Shown piece after piece: positions 45,559 through 54,450 of a stretch of 61,629 nucleotides of DNA. Source of the DNA: a bacterium (GTDB taxonomy: Bacteria > Bacillota > Clostridia > Oscillospirales > CAG-272). Under the pieces are notes generated by a model, which did no database searches, had not been told where the DNA came from, and saw nothing but the letters and a program-made list of their open reading frames with translations. The stretch's first letter is position 1, and the number at the start of each line of letters is the position of its first letter. The translations under genes and the position numbers were made by a program. The stretch spans positions 1 to 61,629 of the forward strand of contig SFZB01000003.1 in NCBI GenBank assembly GCA_004558975.1, given 5' to 3'.

Positions 45559-48450
45559 TTACTGCGGAATCTCCTCCATGATGAACGCCTCATAGGTGTC
45601 GCCGACCTTCACGTCGTTGAAGGTCTTGAGCCCCACGCCGCATTCGTAGCCTGCGGCGACTTCCTTCGCGTCGTCCTTGAAGCGCTTCAGGGACGCGATC
45701 TCGTCCTCACAGATCAGCACGCCGTCGCGCACGATACGGATTTTTGCGTGGCGGGCAATCTTACCGTCGAGGACATAGCAACCGGCGATGGTGCCGACGT
45801 TCGGGACGCGAATGGTCTGACGGCATTCGGCGTGCCCGAGGAGTACTTCGCGGTATTTGGGCGCGAGCATCCCCTTGAGCGCCGCCTGCACTTCGTCAAT
45901 GCAGTCGTAGATGACGCGGTAGGTGCGGATATCGACCCCCTGCCGCTCGGCACTGTCGAGCGCGGTCTTGTCGGGACGGACGTTGAAGCCGACGATGATC
46001 GCCTGCGATGCCGCGGCGAGCATGACGTCACCCTCCGTGATACCGCCGACGGCGGCATGAATGATATTGACCTTGACCTCATCGGTCGAAAGCTTCTGGA
46101 GAGACTGTTTGACTGCCTCGGCGGAACCGCCGACATCTGCCTTGACGACGATGTTCAGGTTCTTGACGCCCTCTGCAATCTGGTCGAACAGGGCATCGAG
46201 CGAGACGCGTGCCGTCGCCTTGAACTCTTCCTGGCGGGCTTGCTCACGGCGCTGCTCCGCAAGGCTGCGCGCCATTTTTTCATCTTCAACGGCGTTGAAC
46301 TCGTCACCCGACATGGGGACTTCGGAGAGACCGATGATCTCGGCGGGGACGCTCGGGCCCGCGACCTTCATCTGCTCGCCGCGCTCATTCGACATGGCGC
46401 GGACACGCCCGACGGCGGTACCCGCGATGACGATATCGCCCGCATGGAGCGTACCGTTCTGCACAAGGACGGTGGCAACGGGACCGCGACCTTTATCGAG
46501 ACGCGACTCGATGACAAGACCCTTGGCGCGGCGATTCGGATTGGCTTTCAGTTCCTTGACCTCCGCCACGAGCAGGACGGATTCCAGGAGTTTATCGATG
46601 TTCATACCGGTCAGTGCGGACACCGGCACGCAGATGACGTCGCCGCCCCATTCCTCGGGGACGAGGTCGTACTTGGTGAGTTCCTGCATGACCTGATCGG
46701 GGTTGGCGTGCGGCTTATCCATCTTGTTGATGGCGACGATGATGTCGACGCCCGCCGCTTTCGCGTGGTTGATCGCCTCGATGGTCTGCGGCATGATACC
46801 GTCATCGGCGGCGACGACCAGAATCGCGATGTCGGTCGCCTGCGCGCCTCTTGCACGCATGGCGGTAAAGGCTTCGTGACCCGGGGTATCGAGGAAGGTG
46901 ATCTCCTTGCCATGCACGTTGACGCGATAGGCGCCGATGTGCTGGGTGATACCGCCCGCCTCGCCCTTGGTCACGCTGGTGTGACGGATTGCGTCGAGCA
47001 GGGAGGTCTTACCATGGTCGACGTGACCCATGACGCAGACGACAGGGCTGCGCTCCACGAGGTTCTCGTCGGTGTCCTCCTCGGTCTCAAAGAGACGTTC
47101 CTCGATGGTGACGACGACCTCTTTCGTGACTTTGACATTGAACTCTTCCGCGATGAGGTAGGCGGTATCGTAGTCGATCTCGTCCGTGACCTTGACCATC
47201 ATACCGTTCATCATGAGCTTCTTCATGACCTCGGCGGCGGTTTTCTTCATGCGGGAGGCGAACTCACCGACCGAGATGGTGTCGGGGACGGTGATCTCAA
47301 GCTGTTTCTTGCGTGCCTGCTCGAGCTGCATTCTGCGGATGCGCTCCTGCGCGGCGCGCTCTTTTTCCCGGACGTTCTTGCCCTGAGAGCGGGTATCCTG
47401 CTTCTTGAGCTTTTGTCTGCTCGAGTCACGGTCGGTCCTGCCGGCGGTGGCATAGCGGGAGACGAGACGCTCATCATATCTGCCGAGGTCGACCTGCGTC
47501 GTACGGGTGTCGACGATACGCACTTTCGGCTCTGCCGCAACCACCGTCTCGACCGTCTCGGTCGTGCCGTCTCCGGCGCCGCCGGAAACGATAATGCGGT
47601 TCTTGCGTTCCTCGCGCTTCTCGGGTTTTTCGGGTTTCTGCGGCTTGGCGGCGGCAGGCGCCCCCTCGCCGGGCTTACGCTCGAAACGGCTGAAGCGGTC
47701 GACGGGTTCTTTCTTCTTGATCGGCTTGAACTCGCGCGCGGGTGCCGCCGCTGCGGGGGTCGTGGTTTGCGCGGCTTGTGCCGACTGTGCGGCTGCCTGC
47801 GCACGCTTGGCTTCCTGCGCGGCGGCGGCAGGGGTCGCCGTGCTGTCGATCTTCGGTTCCGGGCGGCTTGCCTGCTCGCGGCGGAACTGTTCCATGCGGC
47901 GGGCGATGTCCTCCTGGCTGACCGGTTTACGTTTTTCGGGGCGCGCCGGTGCGTTCTGCTGCCCGCGCGCATCCTGACGTCGGTCGGCGCCGCTCATCGG
48001 GCGACGGTCGCCCGGGCGGTTCTGCCCCGGCTGTCCCGCCGCAGGAGCCCCGCTCGCGGGGCGTCCGGTCTGTGCCGGGCGTGCGGCGGCGTGATCCTTC
48101 GGGACAGTATAGCGCGGCTCCTCCGGCTTTTTCGGAGCCTCGGGTGCCGGCGTCGGTTTCTTCGGCGCCTGCGGCGCTGTGGCGGGGGCGGCTTTCTGCG
48201 GTGCGGGGGCAGGAGTCTCCGCCTTCGGTTCTGCCTTGGGGAGATCGCTCTTTAAGGTCGCTTTCCCCGCAAGGTAGTCCTCGAGATTCTCGATCTGGTT
48301 CTGCGCCGTGATGAGCGCGAGGAACACTTCGTATTCCTCTCCCTCAATCGTGCCGCCGACATTCTTCTTGATGCCGACGGTGTCGAGCAGCGCCACGAGG
48401 TCTTTCGCAGCGATCCCGAAGTCCTTCGCAATTCCGTTGATTTTTGCCAT
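45559..48450 (-). CDS. infB: translation initiation factor IF-2
   Basis: From ATG 48450 the ORF reads [20 protein letters not shown] low-complexity P/A/K-rich linker follows. The GTPase domain contains [14 protein letters not shown]...DTPGHEAF...NKMD. Confidence 0.95.
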   Translation of the reverse strand: MAKINGIAKDFGIAAKDLVALLDTVGIKKNVGGTIEGEEYEVFLALITAQNQIENLEDYLAGKATLKSDLPKAEPKAETPAPAPQKAAPATAPQAPKKPTPAPEAPKKPEEPRYTVPKDHAAARPAQTGRPASGAPAAGQPGQNRPGDRRPMSGADRRQDARGQQNAPARPEKRKPVSQEDIARRMEQFRREQASRPEPKIDSTATPAAAAQEAKRAQAAAQSAQAAQTTTPAAAAPAREFKPIKKKEPVDRFSRFERKPGEGAPAAAKPQKPEKPEKREERKNRIIVSGGAGDGTTETVETVVAAEPKVRIVDTRTTQVDLGRYDERLVSRYATAGRTDRDSSRQKLKKQDTRSQGKNVREKERAAQERIRRMQLEQARKKQLEITVPDTISVGEFASRMKKTAAEVMKKLMMNGMMVKVTDEIDYDTAYLIAEEFNVKVTKEVVVTIEERLFETEEDTDENLVERSPVVCVMGHVDHGKTSLLDAIRHTSVTKGEAGGITQHIGAYRVNVHGKEITFLDTPGHEAFTAMRARGAQATDIAILVVAADDGIMPQTIEAINHAKAAGVDIIVAINKMDKPHANPDQVMQELTKYDLVPEEWGGDVICVPVSALTGMNIDKLLESVLLVAEVKELKANPNRRAKGLVIESRLDKGRGPVATVLVQNGTLHAGDIVIAGTAVGRVRAMSNERGEQMKVAGPSVPAEIIGLSEVPMSGDEFNAVEDEKMARSLAEQRREQARQEEFKATARVSLDALFDQIAEGVKNLNIVVKADVGGSAEAVKQSLQKLSTDEVKVNIIHAAVGGITEGDVMLAAASQAIIVGFNVRPDKTALDSAERQGVDIRTYRVIYDCIDEVQAALKGMLAPKYREVLLGHAECRQTIRVPNVGTIAGCYVLDGKIARHAKIRIVRDGVLICEDEIASLKRFKDDAKEVAAGYECGVGLKTFNDVKVGDTYEAFIMEEIPQ

Positions 48451-48505
48451 AGTCAAATTCCCGACCCCAAAAGGGGTCGTCCCCCGCACCGGGGAATCCT
48501 TTCTC

Positions 48506-48835
48506 TTACTTGCACTCCTGCCGTAACTGATCGGCAAAACCGCCGTCCGTGATGCCGACCGACACGAGCGGGCGTGCGGTACCGAGCAGATGCCCGAGTA
48601 CCTCCGGCGCTACATCGACCGTGAGACAGGGAATGCTGTAAAAACTGCTTTTATGAGAGAGCCGCCGCAGCGTCCCGTCGGACGCGCCCGAGGAAACAAG
48701 GATCAGGACGGGCTTCTTCTTTGCCCGCATCTGCTCGCAGATCACTTCGGTGCCGAGCACCGTTTTTCCAGCCTTCCTTGCCAGCCCCAGCATCCTGAGG
48801 AACCGTTCGGTGACTTCGTGAGACGCCTTACACAT
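48506..48835 (-). CDS. ylxQ: L7Ae-family RNA-binding protein YlxQ
   Basis: Contains [15 protein letters not shown]...[12 protein letters not shown]. It occupies the conserved position between ylxR and infB. Confidence 0.8.
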   Translation of the reverse strand: MCKASHEVTERFLRMLGLARKAGKTVLGTEVICEQMRAKKKPVLILVSSGASDGTLRRLSHKSSFYSIPCLTVDVAPEVLGHLLGTARPLVSVGITDGGFADQLRQECK

Positions 48836-49100
48836 CGGCGGCGATCTCCGCTTCCAATTTATCGTAAATCAAAGCGGGTATCTCACATTCGAGGTTTTGC
48901 GCCAGTCGGTTGGACTTGCGCGCGCGTTTGAGGCACTCGACGCTGTGGCAGAGGTACGCCCCGCGCCCGGATTTTTTACCCGTGCGATCGAGGGAGATCT
49001 CTCCCTCCGGCGACCGGACCACGCGAATGAGCTGTGCTTTGGGGAACCGTTCCCCGCACCCGATACAGCGCCGTTCGGGAATTTTTCTGACGCCTGCCAT
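48828..49100 (-). CDS. ylxR: YlxR/RnpM (DUF448) RNA-binding protein
   Basis: Contains PERRCIGCGERFPKAQLIRVV...GRGAYLC. It overlaps the nusA stop (TAATG). Confidence 0.85.
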   Translation of the reverse strand: MAGVRKIPERRCIGCGERFPKAQLIRVVRSPEGEISLDRTGKKSGRGAYLCHSVECLKRARKSNRLAQNLECEIPALIYDKLEAEIAADV

Positions 49101-50125
49101 TATGCTTTGATGTCGATCTTATAGCCGGTCAGGCGCGCCGCGAGTTTCGCGTTCTGCCCCTCGCGGCCGATGGCGAGCGAGAGCTGGTTCGGCGCGACGG
49201 TGACACGCGCGGAGCGCTCGCCGTCGATGACGACCCCGAGAACCTCCGCCGGCGAGAGCGCCTCGCGGATATATTCGGCAGGATCTTCGGAGTAGCGGAT
49301 AATATCGATCTTTTCGTTGCCGAGTTCCTCGAGGATTGCGTTGATACGCATCCCGCGGTTACCGATGCAGGCGCCGATCGGGTCGACGTTCGGGTCGGTC
49401 GAGTACACGGCGATCTTGGAGCGGCTGCCCGCCTCGCGGGAGACGCCGGCGATGACGACCGTGCCGTCCTGAATCTCGGGAATCTCCATTTCAAAGAGGC
49501 GCTTGACGAAGCCGGGATGCGTCCGGGAGAGGTCGACGATGGGGCCGCGGGTATCGACCGAGCGTACCTCGGAGACATACACCTTGAGGCGGTCGCCGAC
49601 TTTGAAGTCGTCGGTCGGAAGCTGCAGGTTGCGGGGCAGGCGCACCATGCCGTTCTGTGTTTCGAGCGTCAGGTCGCCGGTCATATCGTCCACCTTGAAG
49701 ACGGTGGCGGTGATGAGATCCTCTTTCTTGTCCTCGTAGGCGCGTGCCATATTGTTGCGCTCTGCCTCACGCACCGCCTGAATGATGATCTGTTTCCCTG
49801 CGGTGGCGGACAGACGGCGGAAGGTATCGGGGGAGACTTTCTCCTCGACGATCGAGCCGATCTTATGCCGCTTGGACTTGGTCTTGGCGTCCTCGAGGGA
49901 GATCTCGCAGATCGGGTCCGTCACGGTCTCGACCACTTCTCTCTGCAGGTAGACTTTCATATCCCGTTTGACGGGGTCGAGGACGATGCGCGAACGCGCC
50001 GTGGGGCCGACCTCCCGTTCAATGGCTTTCTGGAGTGCGCCCTCGATCTTCTCGAGCATGTAGTCTGCGGGAATCCCCTTCGCGCTTTCCAGTTCCGCGA
50101 GGGCATCAAACAGTTTGGCGTTCAT
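49100..50125 (-). CDS. nusA: transcription termination/antitermination factor NusA
   Basis: 341 aa. The N-terminal domain, S1 domain (KVGDRLKVYV) and KH domains (PIGACIGNRGMRI; LAIGREGQNAKLAARLTG) are all present. Confidence 0.95.
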   Translation of the reverse strand: MNAKLFDALAELESAKGIPADYMLEKIEGALQKAIEREVGPTARSRIVLDPVKRDMKVYLQREVVETVTDPICEISLEDAKTKSKRHKIGSIVEEKVSPDTFRRLSATAGKQIIIQAVREAERNNMARAYEDKKEDLITATVFKVDDMTGDLTLETQNGMVRLPRNLQLPTDDFKVGDRLKVYVSEVRSVDTRGPIVDLSRTHPGFVKRLFEMEIPEIQDGTVVIAGVSREAGSRSKIAVYSTDPNVDPIGACIGNRGMRINAILEELGNEKIDIIRYSEDPAEYIREALSPAEVLGVVIDGERSARVTVAPNQLSLAIGREGQNAKLAARLTGYKIDIKA

Positions 50126-50167
50126 GGATGTATCCTTTCTTTATCCTGTTACACTTCAAAATCAAAA

Positions 50168-50629
50168 TCAGTCAAAATAGACGGTGCGGAGCTTGGAGAC
50201 CGATTGCCGCGGGCATTTGACAACGCCGGCGCCGGTGTCGATGGAGAGCACGCCGTCCGCGTAGTCGAGGAGCGTCCCGCGCAGGGTCTTCCGACCGTCC
50301 AGCGGAGCGAACAGCTTCGCCTCACACCGCTCACCGAGGCTGGCGAGAATGTGCGCGTCGGTCCGAAGCTCGCGCTCAATCCCGGGGGAAGAGACATCGA
50401 GATGATAGGCTTCCTCGATCGGGTCGTTCTCGTCGAGGATTTTGTCGACGGCGCGATGCACCGTTTCACACGCGTTGAGATCCACGCCGGTATCCGAGTC
50501 GATCGTGATGATCAGATGCCGGTCGGCGCCGATCTTGGTGAACTCCACGTCCCAGAGCCGGTAGCCGAGTGCCTCGACGGTGTCCGCGATCAGTGCGCGC
50601 ACGGTCTCGGCGATATTGGTCTTTGCCAT
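50168..50629 (-). CDS. rimP: ribosome maturation factor RimP
   Basis: 153 aa. Contains LGYRLWDVEF...LDVSSPGIERELR. It is the first gene of the nusA-infB operon. Confidence 0.9.
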   Translation of the reverse strand: MAKTNIAETVRALIADTVEALGYRLWDVEFTKIGADRHLIITIDSDTGVDLNACETVHRAVDKILDENDPIEEAYHLDVSSPGIERELRTDAHILASLGERCEAKLFAPLDGRKTLRGTLLDYADGVLSIDTGAGVVKCPRQSVSKLRTVYFD

Positions 50630-50726
50630 AATGCCTCCGCTCGTGCGGTACGGCGGGGTAAAACACCCCGCATAAAATTAAGAGTGAACCGAAGCCCACT
50701 CTTAACCATACCGTATTCTATACTGT

Positions 50727-50755
50727 AGTATAACACGTTCTTTTGATAATTGCAA
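50727..50755 (-). promoter_or_regulatory. promoter of the rimP-nusA-infB operon (TTGCAA-17-TGtTATACT)
   Basis: -35 at 50750-50755 and -10 at 50727-50732, with TG at 50734-50735. Confidence 0.6.
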
Positions 50756-50816
50756 TACTTTCTACAAAAAATATAAAAGAATCTTGCCCGCGCCCGTACG
50801 TGAGCGTGAAAAGGAT

Positions 50817-50876
50817 GCGGAAAAGAGGCTCCGCCCGCGGAAAAGAGGCTCCGCCCGCGGGAAAGAGGCTCCGTCC
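50817..50876. repeat. tandem repeat, 3 x 20 bp (GCGGAAAAGAGGCTCCGCCC; third unit has 2 mismatches)
   Basis: Counted directly. It lies 13 bp after the oxidoreductase stop and 62-121 bp upstream of the rimP -35 box. Confidence 0.9.
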
Positions 50877-50888
50877 CCCGGGCGGCGG

Positions 50889-51884
50889 TCAGAGGATGCC
50901 GCTCGCCTGCAGAACCAGCCGATGGAGCGTCAGCTCGTAATCATAGTCGTAGACACCCGCCGGTGCGCCGCAGAGACGCGCGTAAAATTCCTCCGGAAAC
51001 GCGTCGTAGCGGTCGTAGTCGGTCCTGAACGTGAGCGTGCGCGTCTCGACTTCTTTGTCGTAGTAGCCTTCCTGCCCGTTCTGGATCGACACCCATTTCA
51101 CGGTCGGACGTTCGAAGGGCGTGATCGAGACGGTGCCCTTTTCGCCGACGACGGCAAGCTCCCGTCGGAGCCAGCCGCCCGTTTCGACGGCGGAGGTGCG
51201 GGCGACGCTGACACCGCGGTCATAATGGAGGAGCGCCGTCGCGTTGTCGATGCCGCCGAACCCGCCGGCACCGGTGCGGAAGAGGAGGGGTTCGACGCGC
51301 TTCGGCTCACCCATGAGGCGCAGGATAAAATCGATGATATGCCCGCCGAAGATGTACATGGTGCCGCCGCGGAAGGTTTCAAGGTAGCGGAGATACTCGG
51401 CACTGCGCGGCGCGGACATGGCAGTCTCGACATAGAGGATGTCCCCGAGCGCTCCGCTCTCCGCGATGGAGAAGACCTCCTGCACGGCGGGATTGGTACG
51501 GTAGAGATACCCGAGGTGCACGACAAGTCCCCGGCGCTCGGCGTCGCGCAGGATGCCTTCGTATTCCGCGAGGTTTTCTCCTGCCGGTTTGTCGAGATGA
51601 ATGGGTTTCCCGGCGTCGATGCATTTGCGTGCCGCCGCCATGAGATCCGGCACCTCGGTCTCGATCAGGAGGGCGTCGCACTTTTCGATCAGCGTGTCCT
51701 CGTCGAGCCGCGGCAGGTCGCGGTAGCAGGGCAGACCCCCGCGCTTTTGGATCCACGTCTCGTCTTTTTCGGAGTAGCCGACGATCTCAAAGAGGTCGGG
51801 ATGACGGCGGAACGCCTCCATGTGCCCTTGCCCGTGGTTATGCCCGATGCCGATCTGCCCGAGACGGAATTTTTTCGGTTCCAT
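50889..51884 (-). CDS. Gfo/Idh/MocA-family oxidoreductase
   Basis: Rossmann N-terminus FRLGQIGIGHNHG and the EKP-like motif LDKPAG. 331 aa. Confidence 0.85.
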   Translation of the reverse strand: MEPKKFRLGQIGIGHNHGQGHMEAFRRHPDLFEIVGYSEKDETWIQKRGGLPCYRDLPRLDEDTLIEKCDALLIETEVPDLMAAARKCIDAGKPIHLDKPAGENLAEYEGILRDAERRGLVVHLGYLYRTNPAVQEVFSIAESGALGDILYVETAMSAPRSAEYLRYLETFRGGTMYIFGGHIIDFILRLMGEPKRVEPLLFRTGAGGFGGIDNATALLHYDRGVSVARTSAVETGGWLRRELAVVGEKGTVSITPFERPTVKWVSIQNGQEGYYDKEVETRTLTFRTDYDRYDAFPEEFYARLCGAPAGVYDYDYELTLHRLVLQASGIL

Positions 51885-51955
51885 GATTTGTCCTCGCTTT
51901 TTGACTTTGGAATAGGAAAACGGAGAATACCCCCGCCGTCCGGCAGGGGTAAGGC

Positions 51956-52375
51956 TTAGTTTTTCTTTGCGGCGACGCGCAGATAGCGCTTCGAGAAGTA
52001 TTCGATGACGTCCTTGCGGCGAATCAGCCCGATGAAGCAGTCGCGGTCGTCGATGACCGGGACGAAGTTGTTTTCCTTGACGCGTTCGAGCAGCTCCGTC
52101 ATGGGGGCGGAGTTCTTGACCGGGGGATTGTCGCTGCGGATCAGGGTCGAGAGGGGAATGTCCTCGAGGGCGACGAGGTTGGCGGCGCCGCGATCGACGA
52201 TGAGCCAGAGAAAATCGCCGTCGCGCACCATGCCGACGTATCTGCCCTCCGCGTCGATGACGGGCAGGGCGTTATAACCGTGGTAGCGCATTTTTTCGAG
52301 CCCCTGCCTTGCGGAGCAGTCTTTCATAATGAAAGCGACCTGACTTTTCGGGGTGAGGAAGCGCAGGATGTTCAT
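51956..52375 (-). CDS. CBS-domain pair protein
   Basis: 139 aa from ATG 52375. Two CBS-like repeats are present (...YNALPVIDAEGRYVGMV... and ...NFVPVIDDRDCFIGLI...). There is an ATGA overlap with the coaW-like gene. Confidence 0.8.
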   Translation of the reverse strand: MNILRFLTPKSQVAFIMKDCSARQGLEKMRYHGYNALPVIDAEGRYVGMVRDGDFLWLIVDRGAANLVALEDIPLSTLIRSDNPPVKNSAPMTELLERVKENNFVPVIDDRDCFIGLIRRKDVIEYFSKRYLRVAAKKN

Positions 52376-53208
52376 GCGGGATCTCCTTCGCAAAGAGCGG
52401 CGCCGATGACGGTAGCGAAGCGGGACGCTTCGGGAATGATAAAGTTCACGGAGAACATTTTCGAGAGGTTCTCGAAAGTGGCGCGGCAGGTGGGGTACGC
52501 CGACAGGTTTCCGGTGAGGACAATGTTCGCTACATGATAGGCGCGCGCGGCGAAGATCGCCATCATGCCGATCGTCTCGAAGATCATGTTGGAGAGCCCG
52601 AGGGCGATGTCGCCCTTGGTCGCGATGTCCGACACGTTTCCGAAATTCGCGGCGGTCATCTCGGAGGGCATACCGCCCGCTTTCATGATGTCGCCGATGC
52701 GCAGGTCAATCTTCGAGAGGTCGCCCTCGCGGCAGAGCTCGCCGATGTGGTCGATGGAATCCATTTTGAGCAGCAGCTTCGACAGCCCGACGAGCGTGCC
52801 GCCGCCGACGCCGGTACCGCCGAGGTACTCGGTCGTGCCGTCCGACTTCGCGTGGACGAGCGCCGTGCCGGTGCCCATGCTGACGACGATGGCTTCATCG
52901 AGGCGGGAAAGGAAGAGTCCGCCTCTGCCGATGGAAAAAAACTCTTCCACCCGGGTGCAGGGCAGATTGTAGAGGCGGTCGCCGAGTTCGCCGGAACCGA
53001 CCCCCGTCACCATGACGCGGCGGATGTCGCCGAGCCCGAGGTGAGAGAGCGCCGTAAACTTCCCGAACGCGCCGTATGCCGAAGTCAAAGGGTCGGTCGC
53101 GCGGACGAACAACGGTTCGATCAGTTCCCGCCCCCCGTCCTGTGTATGGCGGAATCCGACAATTTTCGTCGTCGAGCCGCCGACATCAATTCCGATGGTA
53201 GCCTGCAT
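52372..53208 (-). CDS. coaW: type II (eukaryote/Staphylococcus-like, Fumble family) pantothenate kinase homologue
   Basis: From ATG 53208 (RBS ggagga) the ORF reads IGIDVGGSTTKIV...GTGTA...GGTGVGGGT...IDLRIGDI...MTAANFG. As I recall it, this parallels S. aureus CoaA motifs. Confidence 0.75.
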   Translation of the reverse strand: MQATIGIDVGGSTTKIVGFRHTQDGGRELIEPLFVRATDPLTSAYGAFGKFTALSHLGLGDIRRVMVTGVGSGELGDRLYNLPCTRVEEFFSIGRGGLFLSRLDEAIVVSMGTGTALVHAKSDGTTEYLGGTGVGGGTLVGLSKLLLKMDSIDHIGELCREGDLSKIDLRIGDIMKAGGMPSEMTAANFGNVSDIATKGDIALGLSNMIFETIGMMAIFAARAYHVANIVLTGNLSAYPTCRATFENLSKMFSVNFIIPEASRFATVIGAALCEGDPA

Positions 53209-53400
53209 GTAGGTCCTCCAAGGTCCGAATCGGTTTGCGGAAAAGCAAATCCTGACAAATACAGTATAGCACTTCCCGGGCGGGAAAGCAAGACGACGCG
53301 TCAAAACGGGCACGATTTTCTCCCCGCATGAAAAAGCCGTGTGGCGTGCATACTAACCGATGCGACGAGGTCGCAATTCTAAAAAAGGGGGAATTCGGTC

Positions 53401-53595
53401 ATGGAATCTCGCGAACAGAACTGCCATAAGCAGAACAAGAACCAGCAGAACAATCAGCAGCAGAATCAGCAGAACAACCAGAACCAGCAGCAGAACAATC
53501 AGCAGCAGAATCAGCAGAACAAGAATCAGCAGCAGAACCAGCAGCAGAACCAGCAGCAGAACCAGCAGAATAACCAGAATCAGAACCGCAGATAA
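53401..53595 (+). CDS. putative 64-aa Gln/Asn-rich micro-protein
   Basis: RBS aaggggga lies 8 nt before the ATG. 52 of 64 residues are Q (31, all CAG) or N (21, AAC/AAT). The stop TAA is 15 nt before an intrinsic terminator. The alternative is a non-coding CAG/AAC microsatellite. Confidence 0.45.
   Translation: MESREQNCHKQNKNQQNNQQQNQQNNQNQQQNNQQQNQQNKNQQQNQQQNQQQNQQNNQNQNRR
53424..53592. repeat. imperfect trinucleotide-phase microsatellite built from CAG and AAC/AAT/AAG
   Basis: Includes a duplicated 34-nt block, cagcagaacaatcagcagcagaatcagcagaaca, occurring twice. The variation I noted is AAC/AAT/AAG, which falls at the third position of the Q/N frame. Confidence 0.85.
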
Positions 53596-53610
53596 ACCCC
53601 TTGGCGGGAG

Positions 53611-53638
53611 AGCCCCGTGCCCGGCGCGGGGCTTTTTT
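53611..53638 (+). terminator. intrinsic terminator after the Q/N ORF
   Basis: agccccg-9 nt-cggggct followed by T6. Confidence 0.75.
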
Positions 53639-53648
53639 CGCTTTCCTC

Positions 53649-53677
53649 TTGACAGGCGGGGGGCGCTGTGCTACATT
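53649..53677 (+). promoter_or_regulatory. sigma-A-type promoter for the THF riboswitch-folT-folC unit
   Basis: TTGACA (53649-53654), 17-nt spacer, TACATT (53672-53677). Confidence 0.65.
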
Positions 53678-53681
53678 GAGA

Positions 53682-53801
53682 GTACCACAGAGTAGGAAGT
53701 ACGCGTAAGACCTTCGGGTCGCAGTGCCGACGGGACGGGGAGTTGTCTGTCGGACGAAGAGCGCTTCGGCGCCACGGTGTACATTCCGCATCCCGCTGAT
53801 A
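53682..53801 (+). promoter_or_regulatory. THF (tetrahydrofolate) riboswitch aptamer
   Basis: Conserved blocks are AGAGUAG (53689-53695), CGCGUAAG (53702-53709), ACGAAG (53754-53759) and GCAUCCCGCU (53788-53797). Their order and spacing match the Eubacterium siraeum THF aptamer as I recall it. The element sits upstream of folT, the classic context. Confidence 0.8.
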
Positions 53802-53816
53802 CATAGTCCGGTAGAG

Positions 53817-53857
53817 ACATCTCCTATGTAGTTAGTGGAATGATACATGGGAGGTGT
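53817..53857 (+). promoter_or_regulatory. Shine-Dalgarno sequestering helix (riboswitch expression platform)
   Basis: acatctcctatgta (53817-53830) pairs over 14 positions (2 G-U) with tacatgggaggtgt (53844-53857). The second arm contains the folT SD GGGAGG. Confidence 0.7.
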
Positions 53858-53862
53858 TTTTT

Positions 53863-54450
53863 ATGCAAAATCAAAATCAGAATTTGAGTGAAACTCCGAA
53901 CGAAACAAAACTCGCGAAGCACCGTGCTTCGCAGGCGCTCCGCGACCTGGCGCTCGCCGGTGTCATGGCGGCGCTGTCGATGGTCATGTGCCGTTTCCTC
54001 GGCTTCCCGCAGACGGGGACGTGGCGCATTGATCCGGGCTTTTTGCCGATCGTCATGGTGGCGTTCCTGTCGGGCCCCGTCTGGGCGGGGATGTCCTACG
54101 GCGTCGCCGACCTCGTCGGCGCCGCGATTTTTACGGGCATCAATCCGTTCATCACGGCGGAAAAGATCGCGATCGGCGTCATTTTCGGCATCGGCTTTTA
54201 CCGTCGGAGCCGCCTCGGTCTTCCGCGGATCCTCGTGACGCAGGCGGTGGCGGCGGTCGTGTGCGATTTTCTTGCCATGTCGCTGATTTTCACCTTTTGC
54301 TTCGGCACGCCGGTGAAGGTCGCGTTCGCGACGCGGGCAGTCAACGCGGCGGTGAATTTTGCGATGCGAAGCCTGCTCTGCATTCTGTTGGATATGAAAC
54401 TGTTTGCCGCTCTGCGGCGACGGGGAGGGCAGTACTTTGGGAGCATTTGA
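53863..54450 (+). CDS. folT: ECF-transporter S component, folate family
   Basis: About 195 aa with 5-6 helices. Preceded by a THF riboswitch and followed by folC. Start at ATG 53863, 9 nt after GGGAGG. Confidence 0.8.
   Translation: MQNQNQNLSETPNETKLAKHRASQALRDLALAGVMAALSMVMCRFLGFPQTGTWRIDPGFLPIVMVAFLSGPVWAGMSYGVADLVGAAIFTGINPFITAEKIAIGVIFGIGFYRRSRLGLPRILVTQAVAAVVCDFLAMSLIFTFCFGTPVKVAFATRAVNAAVNFAMRSLLCILLDMKLFAALRRRGGQYFGSI

Noticed and set aside
45532-48255. 907-aa plus-strand ORF.
   Set aside because: It is antisense to infB (GTPase motifs are unambiguous on the minus strand). The composition is low-complexity and R/G/L-rich.
53360-53848. Alternative frames across the CAG/AAC tract: a 111-aa plus-strand S/R/T-rich ORF (53360-53695) and a 149-aa minus-strand A/S/G-rich ORF (53399-53848).
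   Set aside because: Neither has an RBS. The plus-strand ORF runs through the intrinsic terminator and the folT promoter. The minus-strand ORF additionally runs through the THF riboswitch.
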